Source: Trichormus sp. ATA11-4-KO1
GTDB lineage: Bacteria > Cyanobacteriota > Cyanobacteriia > Cyanobacteriales > Nostocaceae
Reading direction: 5' to 3'
DNA length: 64,000 bases
Assembly (NCBI GenBank): GCA_019358915.1
Contig: JAHHIM010000006.1
Coordinates: 32,001-96,000 of the forward strand
Shown: positions 1-10,500 of the stretch, one piece after another
Numbering within the stretch: position 1 is the stretch's first letter
Layout of the letters: every line of letters starts with the position of its first letter
Made by a program: the position numbers and the translations under genes
The notes under the pieces: generated by a model
Told to the model about the DNA's origin: nothing
Seen by the model: the letters and a program-made list of their open reading frames with translations, nothing else
Databases searched by the model: none

Positions 1-720
1 CCGCCAGAGGAAGCGATCGCCTACCTCAAACAAATCTTGCGGGATATGTTAGATGAGCCGTTGAAAAAATCCCCAAGCCCTAGTTTTACACCAGAAAAAG
101 CAACTTTGAATATTTGGTTAATTACTGGGGTCAATGGGGCTGGGAAAACCACGACCATTGGTAAAATTTCTCACCTAGCTAAACAATCTGGTTATAAATG
201 CTTGATTGGTGCAGCCGACACTTTTCGCGCTGCGGCTGTAGAACAGGTAAAGGTTTGGGGCACAAGAAGCGGTGTAGAAGTAATTGCCAATCCCGGTAAA
301 AATACAGATCCGGCTGCCGTGGTATTTGATGCGATCGCCGCAGCTCAAGCACGAGAAACAGAATTACTGCTGATAGATACAGCCGGGCGTCTGCAAAACA
401 AGAAAAACTTAATGGATGAACTCAGTAAAATTCGCCGAATCATTGACAAAAAAGCCCCTAATGCCAAAATAGAGTCGCTGTTGGTTTTAGATGCCACTTT
501 AGGTCAAAATGGATTGCGGCAAGCTGAAGTCTTCTCTCAAGCAGCCCAACTCAGTGGTGTGGTCTTAACCAAACTAGATGGCACAGCTAAAGGCGGCGTT
601 GCCCTTGCGGTTGTACAACAACTGGGTTTGCCCATTCGCTTTATTGGTGCTGGCGAAGGAATTGAAGATTTGCGGCCTTTTTCTAGCTATGAGTTTGTCG
701 AAGCTCTATTGAGTGGCTAG
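1..720 (+). CDS. ftsY: Signal recognition particle receptor FtsY (5' truncated by window edge)
   Basis: GVNGAGKTTT P-loop, DTFRAAA, DTAGR and TKLDGTAKGG motifs of SRP GTPases. Confidence 0.96.
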   Translation, partial: PPEEAIAYLKQILRDMLDEPLKKSPSPSFTPEKATLNIWLITGVNGAGKTTTIGKISHLAKQSGYKCLIGAADTFRAAAVEQVKVWGTRSGVEVIANPGKNTDPAAVVFDAIAAAQARETELLLIDTAGRLQNKKNLMDELSKIRRIIDKKAPNAKIESLLVLDATLGQNGLRQAEVFSQAAQLSGVVLTKLDGTAKGGVALAVVQQLGLPIRFIGAGEGIEDLRPFSSYEFVEALLSG

Positions 721-1212
721 TTGAAAAGTTTTTAGTTAAGATTTCTTCTGGGAAAGAGGAACAGGAAATAGAAAATTCTGTTCCCTGTGCCCTGTTCCCG
801 ATCCTCTTCTTCGATGAGGTGATACCTTGACAGGGTTACACCTTAGTCTTATCAGTACCAGTGGGAGGTCTGAACACATCACAAAATTATTTTGTTGACA
901 AAGGATTTTTTTAGGTTTAAAGATGTATGATTTGCTAATTAACTATGAAAAAATTAAAGGCTTTTTTTGGTTATGACAAAAATTGCTGATTTTTACCGAG
1001 TAGTTTTTGACTAAACAGACATTAATGAAAATTTTTCTATTTAGCCATAAATCTAATCAGCAAATGCAATACTCATATCCAGTTATGTCTTACGTCTTTT
1101 TACTCTTGCTAAAGTGGCAAATCTTGTCCCAATATGATTTAGCAATACCAAAAAAACAAAAGTTATAAGTAATCTAAGTCTGCCAATATCAAGTGCAATA
1201 ATACCTCTGCCT

Positions 1213-2595
1213 GTGTCTCAACTGCCCTCTCAACCCACTGATAGTAATAGTAGTGCTACGACGGATGTCACACCAGTCGTGGCACTGAAAGAACTCGTGG
1301 CGCGGCTACATCGGGAACAGAACAAAATCCAAGATTTGCTAAGTTCTTTAGGATTTGCCCTCAGAAGCTTCAATAATTTGAACCAATTTTTGGAGCTGAT
1401 CCCACTGATGGCAACAAGAGTAACAGATGCAGATGGTAGTGCTTTGTTCCTCTATAAACCTAACGGTCAAATTAGGTTAGAGCAGCTACACTGGCAGGAT
1501 AGTCGCCAGCGTAAGAACATCCGTAAAGCCCTAGAAACAGCCAGTAGTCAAATTACGTTGATGTCCAATACAGCCCCGCTAACGACAGCGACAGGGATGT
1601 TGGATGACCAAATGCACCGTTACTTAGGCCCTGATGTGCAAATCTTTGGCACGGCGATTCTGGTGAAGCATACAGAACGGGGATGGCTTTATGTGTTAAG
1701 TCGTGATCCAGAATATACCTGGACAGAAACCAGGCAAAAGCTAGTTAGATTGGTGGCAGATCAAACGGCGGTAGCAATTGAAAACGATGAACTAGCAGTA
1801 GAACTCAGGAAAAAAGAACGCCTCGACCAAGAATTAGAAATTGGCGCAGAAATTCAACGGCGACTTTTGCCTCGTCAATGTCCAATTATTCCTGGTGCCT
1901 CTCTGGCTGCACGCTGTAAACCAGCCAATCGCGTTGGTGGAGATTACTACGACTTTATTCCCACCAATCACAATCAAATTCAGCCAAGTAAAACTGGTCA
2001 GGAAACTGGGCGCTGGAGTTTGGTAATTGGGGATGTAATGGGTAAAGGTGTCCCCGCCGGGCTGATTATGACCATGATGCGGGGAATGCTACGAGGAGAG
2101 GTGTTGCATGGTAATTCCCCATGTGGAATTCTGCAAAATTTGAATCGAGTCATGTACGCGGATTTGGAGAATTCCCACCGTTTTGTCACACTATTTTATT
2201 CTGAATATAATCCCCTCAATCGAGTTTTGTCTTACAGTAATGCAGCACATAACCCTCCTTTGTGGTGGCACGCAGCTACGAAAACTATCACCCGCTTGGA
2301 TACTTTGGGAATGTTGATTGGTTTAGATGCCAACAGCCAATATGAAGATGCCCAGGCACAGTTAGAGCCTGGGGATACAGTAATTTATTATACAGATGGT
2401 TTGACTGATGCGGCGGCTGCCAGTGGCGATCGCTTCGACGAAGAAAACTTTGTTGCGGCTTTTCATGCGGCTTGTAGGTATTGTAGCGGCCCACAAGAAA
2501 TTGTGGATTACCTGTTTGACCAAGTTTTGCAATTCATCGGTACTGAGAAGCAAAACACCGATGATATGACATTAGTTGTCCTGAAAATTCAATAG
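1213..2595 (+). CDS. GAF + PP2C/SpoIIE (RsbU-like) Ser/Thr phosphatase
   Basis: VGGDYYD, IGDVMGKG, YTDGLTD and DDMT motifs; N-terminal GAF-like region; GTG start. Confidence 0.9.
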   Translation: MSQLPSQPTDSNSSATTDVTPVVALKELVARLHREQNKIQDLLSSLGFALRSFNNLNQFLELIPLMATRVTDADGSALFLYKPNGQIRLEQLHWQDSRQRKNIRKALETASSQITLMSNTAPLTTATGMLDDQMHRYLGPDVQIFGTAILVKHTERGWLYVLSRDPEYTWTETRQKLVRLVADQTAVAIENDELAVELRKKERLDQELEIGAEIQRRLLPRQCPIIPGASLAARCKPANRVGGDYYDFIPTNHNQIQPSKTGQETGRWSLVIGDVMGKGVPAGLIMTMMRGMLRGEVLHGNSPCGILQNLNRVMYADLENSHRFVTLFYSEYNPLNRVLSYSNAAHNPPLWWHAATKTITRLDTLGMLIGLDANSQYEDAQAQLEPGDTVIYYTDGLTDAAAASGDRFDEENFVAAFHAACRYCSGPQEIVDYLFDQVLQFIGTEKQNTDDMTLVVLKIQ

Positions 2596-2614
2596 TTGGT
2601 GGGATTAAATTTGC

Positions 2615-2664
2615 TTGTAGCGAGGAATTTAGGTCTATTTTGAGGACTAAAGTCCTCACTACAA
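2615..2664. repeat. REP-like palindromic repeat TTGTAG..GAGGACTAAAGTCCTCACTACAA; related copies at 18529-18552 and 27431-27481
   Basis: Inverted ends TTGTAG/CTACAA with internal GAGGAC-TAAA-GTCCTC hairpin, between convergent genes; motif recurs twice more. Confidence 0.7.
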
Positions 2665-2668
2665 ACAT

Positions 2669-4870
2669 TTAAACTGCCGTCATTTCCAGTTCTGAATGAG
2701 ATAAAGCACCAAAAAAGTCATAGCGATCGAGTGCTTCTAAAATTCCCCAGGCATACTGTCCTTGGGCAAAGTAAATTTGTGGATAGCCACGCAACCTTTC
2801 AATTTCTTGGCTGTAGTTGCCCACCACCACAGCTAGGGTGTTCCCAGCCAGCATGGATTCATCATTCCCTGATGCACCTGCTACCAAAAATCGTTTGATT
2901 GGTAATCCCCATTTCAAGGCACAATAACGAATAGCATCTCCTTTGGAAGCCCGAATAGGTAACAAATCAAGATACATATTATGGCTGTAAATTCCTTTGA
3001 CATGCAGCCTACGCCGTCGCAGATGACGCATGATTTCCTTGAAGCTGACAGATTTTGCTTCATCGATAAAGTAGCTAAGTTTAAACTTACCTTGGGCTTC
3101 CGGGGGTTGCAGCATCACTCCCGGTAGTTCTTCCATCGCTTGACGAACAGCATCAGCGTTCCAATGGTAACTAATGTGTCTTTGCCAGTTCGTATCTGGT
3201 ACTACCTGAGGTCCATAATAAATTTCGCTACCTGCTGAGACAATTAGCAAGTCTGGCCTGGGGAATTGCCATTCTTCTAACATCTGTAAGGAACTTTCCA
3301 GGTTACGCCCGGTAGCAATTCCCACTCCGGTTGAGTGACCTTCATTATGCAATCGCTCAATCAGTTTGTGTAGAGCTTCTTGGTCGCCTAATAAAGTATT
3401 ATCGATTTCGCAAACCAGAAAACGATCTGCGGTTGGTAAGCGATTTTGGTCGGGGATGTTCCAATCAGGTAAATCGGTTGCTAAAGCTTTTGGTAGGGGG
3501 CTGAGTACAGATTTAACTCGTCGTTGTGGTAATTGCTGCACCTGTTCCAGATAGCGTTCTACATGACTATCCCAAGAAAAATTCTCTCGGACTCTATCCA
3601 ATCCATTCGTAGACCAACGCTGCCATTGTTCAGTATCAGTTAGGGCTGTCCGCAGTGCATCTTGAATCTGTTGAATATCGAGTGGGTCAATTAACATCCC
3701 ATTATCGCAAGCCGCTAGGATATCTCGCGGTCCACCATCTGATGTAGCGATAATTGGTACACCGCAGGCGGTAGCTTCAATCAAGGTCAAACCAAATGGT
3801 TCAGTTAATGCCGGATTGATAAAAACTCCCCGTGTTTTTGCCAATAATCGATATAGTTCAGGAACTTCATCGGATTTGTGGTGTTTGGGGTAGGCAACGT
3901 ACCCATAAAGGTCGTAGCGGTCTATTAACTGGAAGATTTCTGTGAGTACCTGGCGCGGGCCTGATTCCATCGTAGTGATGTCATCTCGGTTACCTAAGAC
4001 AAGAACTAAGTTCGCTAAGTGACGCAACTGTGGATCTTCACCATAGGCTTTAACGAGAGTGCCGACATTTTTCCGCATCGCCGGGCGAGAAAGTGCCATA
4101 ATTATTGGCTTTTGAGGATTTTTGAGAAATCTTTGCAAATCCTCATAAATGGGTGGTTCCTGCCAATTTTTAGGAACAGGGTAAAAGTTTTTGAGTGCTA
4201 CCCCAGGAGGAATGACAACCATGCGATTTGGCTGATAGTGGTCGTAAACGCCATACTGCTGGGTGACTTCTTGATGAGTACTGGCGATAACTAATGCTGC
4301 ACTCGCCAATGTGTTTTCTTCGGCTTCAATTCGTGTACTAATATGAAAATTACTTTCAATGGTTTCCCGTTTGGTTCCCTGCTCTAACAGTCGTTGTTGT
4401 TTGATCCGTCCGAGAGAGTGACCAGTATGCACCAGTGGAACACCTAACCAACCGGCGACTCGACAACCCACATATCCAGCATCGGCATAATGGCTATGAA
4501 TTACATGGGGTAATTTTCCCACCTGACGCAGATGTTTGAGTAACTCATCTGCAAAGTTATCTAAATGTGGCCAGAGAACTTCTTTGCGGAGATAGCGACG
4601 TGGCCCGCAGTTAAGGCGAATAATTTGGGCTTTGTCAGAAAGAACTTCTACGGGTTGGGCGTAGTCGGAGCTAACTTTGGGATCGTTGACTAAACGGGTT
4701 ACCAGGTCTACACGTTCTACTTCTGGGTGTGCGGCTAAGGCTTCAGCGAGTTCTAGGACATATTTAATTTGTCCGCCCGTGTCAGCATCTCGTCCTAATT
4801 CTAAATTTTTACCCCGGATTAAGCCGTGAACGCTAACTAGTAGAATATACAACCCTGGGCTATTTGACAT
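2669..4870 (-). CDS. sps: Sucrose-phosphate synthase (GT4 domain + C-terminal SPP-like HAD domain)
   Basis: HGLIRG..ELGRDADTGGQIKYV, HSHYADA and EPFGLTLIEA motifs; C-terminal HAD-like domain. Confidence 0.93.
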   Translation of the reverse strand: MSNSPGLYILLVSVHGLIRGKNLELGRDADTGGQIKYVLELAEALAAHPEVERVDLVTRLVNDPKVSSDYAQPVEVLSDKAQIIRLNCGPRRYLRKEVLWPHLDNFADELLKHLRQVGKLPHVIHSHYADAGYVGCRVAGWLGVPLVHTGHSLGRIKQQRLLEQGTKRETIESNFHISTRIEAEENTLASAALVIASTHQEVTQQYGVYDHYQPNRMVVIPPGVALKNFYPVPKNWQEPPIYEDLQRFLKNPQKPIIMALSRPAMRKNVGTLVKAYGEDPQLRHLANLVLVLGNRDDITTMESGPRQVLTEIFQLIDRYDLYGYVAYPKHHKSDEVPELYRLLAKTRGVFINPALTEPFGLTLIEATACGVPIIATSDGGPRDILAACDNGMLIDPLDIQQIQDALRTALTDTEQWQRWSTNGLDRVRENFSWDSHVERYLEQVQQLPQRRVKSVLSPLPKALATDLPDWNIPDQNRLPTADRFLVCEIDNTLLGDQEALHKLIERLHNEGHSTGVGIATGRNLESSLQMLEEWQFPRPDLLIVSAGSEIYYGPQVVPDTNWQRHISYHWNADAVRQAMEELPGVMLQPPEAQGKFKLSYFIDEAKSVSFKEIMRHLRRRRLHVKGIYSHNMYLDLLPIRASKGDAIRYCALKWGLPIKRFLVAGASGNDESMLAGNTLAVVVGNYSQEIERLRGYPQIYFAQGQYAWGILEALDRYDFFGALSHSELEMTAV

Positions 4871-5105
4871 TTTGCATTCCTCAATTTTACTGCATTACAG
4901 CCCGGGAACAGCTTCTCATACACATAGCTGTTGACCGCTACAGATTAGTAAAAAAAATTATGCTGATGTTTACAGATTATAAAACAAATGCGCCAAATTA
5001 TAACAGCTATATTAAAGGCGCGACAGTAGCGCATCAAAAAGCCCAAGGGTAAGGTAAAAGATGAAAGTGTCTTAAGAGTTACAGTATCTTTAGCTTCATC
5101 TCTGC

Positions 5106-5138
5106 AAAAAGGCGATTGTTCTTTGATGAACAATCGCC
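5106..5138 (-). terminator. Rho-independent terminator downstream of the methyltransferase
   Basis: GGCGATTGTTC/GAACAATCGCC stem followed by T-run on the minus strand. Confidence 0.7.
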
Positions 5139-5144
5139 AAAGCT

Positions 5145-5828
5145 TCATTTACGTTCAAGCAATAAAAAAGCGCATTTGACTGGCATTGCTCCCCAACTGA
5201 TGTTAATTTCTTGACAAACCTCGGAATTAAAACCTGCTTTGTCTATAAGTTGGTAAATATGAGCCAAATCACACATCTCGTAGTCAACAGCTAACAATAT
5301 ATGCCCATCTTCAGCCAAACGATTATTACAATCTGCTAAAAATTGTGTCAGATATTTATAATCTGGATCAAAACCAGCTCGAAATTTTACCTCATCAATT
5401 CCGCCAGGATTTTCTTTAAAAAATGGGATATTCCAAAAAATAATATCAAATTGTCCTTCTGGGACGTTCTCAAATAAACTACCTTGGTAAATATCACACT
5501 CTACACCCCACCATAAAGCATTAGCTTTGGCATTCAAGGCAGCCATCGGAGCAATATCTGAGGCACTGGCTACTACTCCCTTCATTTTGGCAACTGTTAA
5601 GATAGCGGCACCAGTACCCATGCCCATTTCAAATACTCGGCATTGATTCTTGCTTTGCAGACAATTATTTGCTAATCCTTCGATTAATTCGGAAATTGTA
5701 GGAGTATTGTAAGTTGGCGGAAAAACTGTAGGCAATACAATTACCTCACTACCACGAAAATCAAAAATCCCATAGGGACTTTGATTAATGTATTCTTTGC
5801 CTATTTTAGCCAGTTCTAATTTATCCAT
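5145..5828 (-). CDS. HemK-like class I SAM-dependent methyltransferase
   Basis: Motif I EMGMGTGA, SDI, GSLFE and NPPY-like WNIPF; ATG at 5828 preferred over TTG at 5855. Confidence 0.8.
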   Translation of the reverse strand: MDKLELAKIGKEYINQSPYGIFDFRGSEVIVLPTVFPPTYNTPTISELIEGLANNCLQSKNQCRVFEMGMGTGAAILTVAKMKGVVASASDIAPMAALNAKANALWWGVECDIYQGSLFENVPEGQFDIIFWNIPFFKENPGGIDEVKFRAGFDPDYKYLTQFLADCNNRLAEDGHILLAVDYEMCDLAHIYQLIDKAGFNSEVCQEINISWGAMPVKCAFLLLERK

Positions 5829-6408
5829 TTTCACGATCCAAATACCGAATTTCAATTGTAAACAAAAGTAGCTATTTTAACTAAGTACAACACAAATTGG
5901 AATGGCAATAAGAGCAATTAAATGAGTCACTTACTTGCTAAACATCTAATTTTCAGTTTGTTAACGCCAGCAATATGCAAAGAACCACTATGTATTTTTT
6001 GAGATTACTTTGAATATCTCAAGACAATGAACTAATTATAAGCATATACACTGATTTTTGTTCAAAAAGGGATACAAAAAAATTGAAACTTCACTGAATC
6101 TTGATAAATCAACCCAAGCGATCACCTGGGTTGGAGTACAGCCCATCGTGCATTTGTGCATCGATCATCTTGACTTTTATCAGTTTATGTGGGGCGTTTG
6201 GGGGAGTATACTATTTCTTACCTTTGCTATTTGTACTAAACCTACTGGGATTAGATGAAATTAAAATCACTGACAAAGCTAAATTACAGGTTTTTTGTCT
6301 AGGCTGATTCTGATAAGTTAGTAAACTAAATAACTGGCAATGCTTTCCAGGCTTCCTGAATCGGCGGGATGTTGATGAAAGTAAGCACAATTGATTAAAT
6401 ATAAACTT

Positions 6409-8259
6409 ATGGCGCTCATAGTTCAAAAATACGGTGGTACATCTGTCGGTTCAGTAGAACGTATTCAAGCTGTTGCACAGCGTGTTTATCAGACTGTAAA
6501 AGCAGGAAACTCTCTGGTAGTAGTGGTTTCCGCAATGGGCAAAACCACCGATGGACTCGTCAAAATAGCTAATGAAATTTCTCCAAATCCCAACCGTCGG
6601 GAAATGGATATGCTGCTTTCTACTGGTGAGCAAGTCACCATTGCCTTGGTAAGTATGGCATTGCAAGAAATTGGACAGCCAGCAATTTCTATGACTGGCG
6701 CTCAAGTAGGAATTGTCACCGAAGCTGAACATACCCGCGCCCGAATTTTGCACATTGAAACTAATCGCCTGAGTCGCCATATTCATCAAGGGAAGGTAGT
6801 TGTAGTAGCTGGATTTCAAGGCATATCCAGCCTTAGAGATATGGAAATTACCACATTAGGTCGCGGTGGTTCCGACACATCAGCAGTGGCTCTAGCTGCG
6901 GCATTGCAGGCAGACTTTTGTGAAATTTATACAGATGTACCAGGGATTTTAACTACAGATCCCCGCTTGGTTCCCGAAGCCCAGTTGATGGATGAAATCA
7001 CCTGCAATGAAATGCTAGAACTGGCAAGCTTAGGAGCAAAAGTACTGCATCCCCGCGCAGTGGAAATTGCCCGCAACTATGGTGTTCCCCTAGTGGTGAG
7101 GTCTAGTTGGACAGATGCTGCTGGGACTTGGGTCAGATCACCCAAACACCAAGAGCGATCGCTAGTGAATTTAGAAATCGCCCGTCCCGTAGATAATGTA
7201 GAATTTGACACAGACCAAGCAAAGGTGGCACTGTTGCGCGTACCCGATAAACCAGGAGTCGCCGCCAAGTTATTTGGGGAAATATCCCGGCAAGGTGTAG
7301 ACGTAGATTTAATTATTCAATCAATCCACGAAGGTAATAGTAACGACATTGCTTTTACCGTCACCACACCAATATTAAAGCGGGCAGAAGCAGTAGCAGC
7401 AGCGATCGCCCCAGCACTGAGGAGTCAATCTCACCCTAAATCTGACGAAGCAGAAGTGATGGTAGAACAGAACATTGCTAAAGTCAGTATTGCTGGCGCA
7501 GGCATGATTGGCCGTCCTGGAGTAGCAGCCAAAATGTTTGCCACCTTAGCGGAAGCAGAAGTAAACATCCAGATGATTTCCACCAGTGAAGTCAAAGTCA
7601 GTTGTGTAGTAGATGCAACAGAATGCGATCGCGCCGTTGCTGCATTGCGTAAAGCCTTTGAGATTGAAGCAGATAAGGGGACAAGGGGACAAGGAAGACA
7701 AAAAGAAACTTTCTACACTCAGCACTCAGCACTTAGCACTCAGCACTCACCCCCCCCCGTTCGTGGCGTTGCTTTAGATATGAACCAAGCACGTCTAGCC
7801 ATTCGCCAAGTACCAGATCGGTCGGGGATGGCGGCGAGATTGTTTGGACTATTAGCACAGCACAACATCAGCGTTGACATGATCATTCAATCTCAACGCT
7901 GTCGCATAGTTGATGGGATTCCCAGACGCGATATTGCCTTCACAGTCTCGCGGATAGATGGGGAAAGTACACAAAAAATACTCACCCAAGTAGCAGCAGA
8001 ATTAGGATGGGGTGAAGTTGTGTTAGATAATGCGATCGCTAAGGTCAGTATTGTTGGTGCAGGGATGGTAGGACAGCCAGGTATTGCCGCTAAAATGTTT
8101 GAAGCTTTAGCCCAACACCAAATTAATATTCAAATGATTGCTACCTCAGAAATCAAAATTAGCTGTGTTGTGGCACAAGAACAAGGTGTTAAAGCTTTGC
8201 AATTGATTCACGCTGCTTTTGGGCTAGCTGGGAGCGAAAAATTTATAATACCAGCTTAG
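6409..8259 (+). CDS. lysC: Aspartate kinase, cyanobacterial type with four ACT domains
   Basis: VQKYGGTSV, VVSAMG and TTLGRGGSD motifs; duplicated ACT pairs; start at MALIVQK. Confidence 0.96.
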   Translation: MALIVQKYGGTSVGSVERIQAVAQRVYQTVKAGNSLVVVVSAMGKTTDGLVKIANEISPNPNRREMDMLLSTGEQVTIALVSMALQEIGQPAISMTGAQVGIVTEAEHTRARILHIETNRLSRHIHQGKVVVVAGFQGISSLRDMEITTLGRGGSDTSAVALAAALQADFCEIYTDVPGILTTDPRLVPEAQLMDEITCNEMLELASLGAKVLHPRAVEIARNYGVPLVVRSSWTDAAGTWVRSPKHQERSLVNLEIARPVDNVEFDTDQAKVALLRVPDKPGVAAKLFGEISRQGVDVDLIIQSIHEGNSNDIAFTVTTPILKRAEAVAAAIAPALRSQSHPKSDEAEVMVEQNIAKVSIAGAGMIGRPGVAAKMFATLAEAEVNIQMISTSEVKVSCVVDATECDRAVAALRKAFEIEADKGTRGQGRQKETFYTQHSALSTQHSPPPVRGVALDMNQARLAIRQVPDRSGMAARLFGLLAQHNISVDMIIQSQRCRIVDGIPRRDIAFTVSRIDGESTQKILTQVAAELGWGEVVLDNAIAKVSIVGAGMVGQPGIAAKMFEALAQHQINIQMIATSEIKISCVVAQEQGVKALQLIHAAFGLAGSEKFIIPA

Positions 8260-8355
8260 TTGGGAATAGGGAATGTGGGGGAAAGAACTTATATTAGTAA
8301 TCTCCTCTGCTCCCTTGTCCCCACTCCCCTTGTCCCCACTCCCCACTCCCCAGTG
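8260..8355. repeat. STRR-type short tandem repeats (GGGAAT.. / TCCCCAC, CCTTGTC)
   Basis: Visible heptamer-like tandem runs, G-rich then C-rich. Confidence 0.75.
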
Positions 8356-8422
8356 ATTCAGACTACAATTCTTGTAACGAATCTGGCAATAGGGTGTTAT
8401 AAGTAGGATCACTGAGGAATTT

Positions 8423-10492
8423 ATGAATGGTCAAATTCTGGATGCACGTTATCAAATCCTGAAAGTCCTGAATGTGGACGAGGTGATACAAACTTATTTA
8501 GTTGAAGATGCTATCCTTCCGGGTAGCCAGTTTGTAGTAAAGCAGCTACATCCTGCTAGTGATCATCTCCATGATTTAACAGGTCTGCAAAGCTTATTTG
8601 CAGATGAAGCAAAAACCTTACAGCAACTAGGTCAAGAATATGACCAAATTCAAAAGCTGGTTGCTTATTTTGAAGAAAATAAAGAATTTTATTTAGTCCA
8701 AGAATTCATTAATGGTAATAATTTAACCGAGGAAATTCTACTAGGAACACCTTTAACAGAAGAAGAGGTAATTAGTTTTTTATCAGAAGTATTAGCAATT
8801 TTGGAATTTGTCCATAGTCGTGGAGTAATTCACCGGGACATTAAACCAGCAAATATTATTCGTCGAGAGTCAGATAAGAAGTTAGTTTTGGTTGACTTTG
8901 GTGCTGTTCAGGAAGTTGTCACGACGATAGTTGGTAATCTTGAATATGTGCCAGTGGAACAATTGCGTGGTGAACCCCAATATAATAGCGATATATATGC
9001 TTTAGGTATAGTTGCGATCGCGGCACTTATCGGCCTACCCGCAAACGAAATATCTAGATTACAAAATCAAAAAAGTTTGCTGACTGGTGAAATCGTTTGG
9101 CATGATAAAAATATCAAAGTCAGTAGACAACTAGCAAAAATTATTAACAAAATGGTGCGCTTTGATTACCGTAAGCGCTACCAATCTGTCACTGAGGTTT
9201 TAAATGACCTACAGGAGTTAACAACTGATAAACATCCCCAGCCAAAACAGAATCAGATAAAAATTTGGCTAATTATGGCAGGGATAGCCAGCTGTATCAC
9301 AATTGGTTTGGTAACATGGTTTTTCCAGTCATCTCAACCTGTAGTGACTGCGGTGAATTCTGAGCAACTATACCAAGAGGGAGTGAGAAAATATCAAGCA
9401 GGAAAGTATCAAGCAGCAGTTGATGATTTCACTCAGGCTATTGAACTCGATCCCCAAAATGCACTAGCCTACAATAAACGAGGTAATGCATTTTATCAGT
9501 TAGGAAACTATCAGCAAGCACAAGCAGACTCTAGCAAAGCAATTTCGCTGAATCCTCAAAATGCCAATGCATATTATGACCGAGGATTTTCATTATATGA
9601 ATTAGGCAAATACAAAGAAGCGATCGCTGATTATACCAAAGCAATTGAATTAAATGCTAAGAATGCCTACGCATACTATGGACGGGGTTTAGCTCGTGTA
9701 CAGATGAAGGATAATAAAGGAGCAAACGCAGATTTTAGTACAGCGATCAGACTGCAACCTGACTATACTGAAGCCTATTTGCAAAGAGGTATTCTCCGCC
9801 GTCGCCTCAAAATTCAAAAAACAGCAATGCAAGATTTTGAAGCAATAATTAATCTTGATGCCAATGATGCTAGACCTTATTATCAAATAGGTTTAATCCA
9901 CGCTAGCAATAATCAAAAATACGCAGCTATTAGAGAATATACCCAAGCAATTAATCGCAATCCTAATTATGCAGCAGCTTATCTTAATCGAGGTGATCTG
10001 TATAGTGAAATGGGGTATAGACTAGAAGCTAATGAAGATTACAATACAGTTTTACAGTTAAATCCTCAGTGGGCAGCAGCTTATAATCATAGAGGTATGC
10101 ACCGCTTTTCCTTTGGCAATTATCAAGGGGCTATTGAAGATCATACCAAAGCCATCGAACTTAATTCCAAAGATGCTGCGGCTTACAACAACCGTGGTAA
10201 TGTTAATCTCCAACTGGGAAACCATCAAGCGGCCCATGAAGATTACTCTCAGGCGATCGCTATTAATTCTAAATATGGTTTAGCCTATTATAATCGCGGT
10301 GTAACTCGCACAAGACAAGGAAATAAACAAGGTGCGATCGCAGATTTTAAACAAGCGGTAAGGCTATTTCAACAAACAGGACAAAGAGAAAGTCTAAAAG
10401 ATGCACAACGGGAACTTAACTTATTGCAAAATAGACCAACACCTGTTACCACACCTAGTCCTATACCTAGTCCTACACGTAGAAGGAGATAA
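8423..10492 (+). CDS. Ser/Thr protein kinase-like domain + TM helix + TPR repeats
   Basis: VVK, HRDIKPAN and DFG motifs; hydrophobic segment; about ten AY..RG TPR units. Confidence 0.9.
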   Translation: MNGQILDARYQILKVLNVDEVIQTYLVEDAILPGSQFVVKQLHPASDHLHDLTGLQSLFADEAKTLQQLGQEYDQIQKLVAYFEENKEFYLVQEFINGNNLTEEILLGTPLTEEEVISFLSEVLAILEFVHSRGVIHRDIKPANIIRRESDKKLVLVDFGAVQEVVTTIVGNLEYVPVEQLRGEPQYNSDIYALGIVAIAALIGLPANEISRLQNQKSLLTGEIVWHDKNIKVSRQLAKIINKMVRFDYRKRYQSVTEVLNDLQELTTDKHPQPKQNQIKIWLIMAGIASCITIGLVTWFFQSSQPVVTAVNSEQLYQEGVRKYQAGKYQAAVDDFTQAIELDPQNALAYNKRGNAFYQLGNYQQAQADSSKAISLNPQNANAYYDRGFSLYELGKYKEAIADYTKAIELNAKNAYAYYGRGLARVQMKDNKGANADFSTAIRLQPDYTEAYLQRGILRRRLKIQKTAMQDFEAIINLDANDARPYYQIGLIHASNNQKYAAIREYTQAINRNPNYAAAYLNRGDLYSEMGYRLEANEDYNTVLQLNPQWAAAYNHRGMHRFSFGNYQGAIEDHTKAIELNSKDAAAYNNRGNVNLQLGNHQAAHEDYSQAIAINSKYGLAYYNRGVTRTRQGNKQGAIADFKQAVRLFQQTGQRESLKDAQRELNLLQNRPTPVTTPSPIPSPTRRRR

Positions 10493-10500
10493 AAATTCAA

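Noticed and set aside
4945..5148. 67-aa ORF coupled by ATGA to the methyltransferase
   Set aside because: Runs through a terminator hairpin and the sps promoter region; no protein-like features
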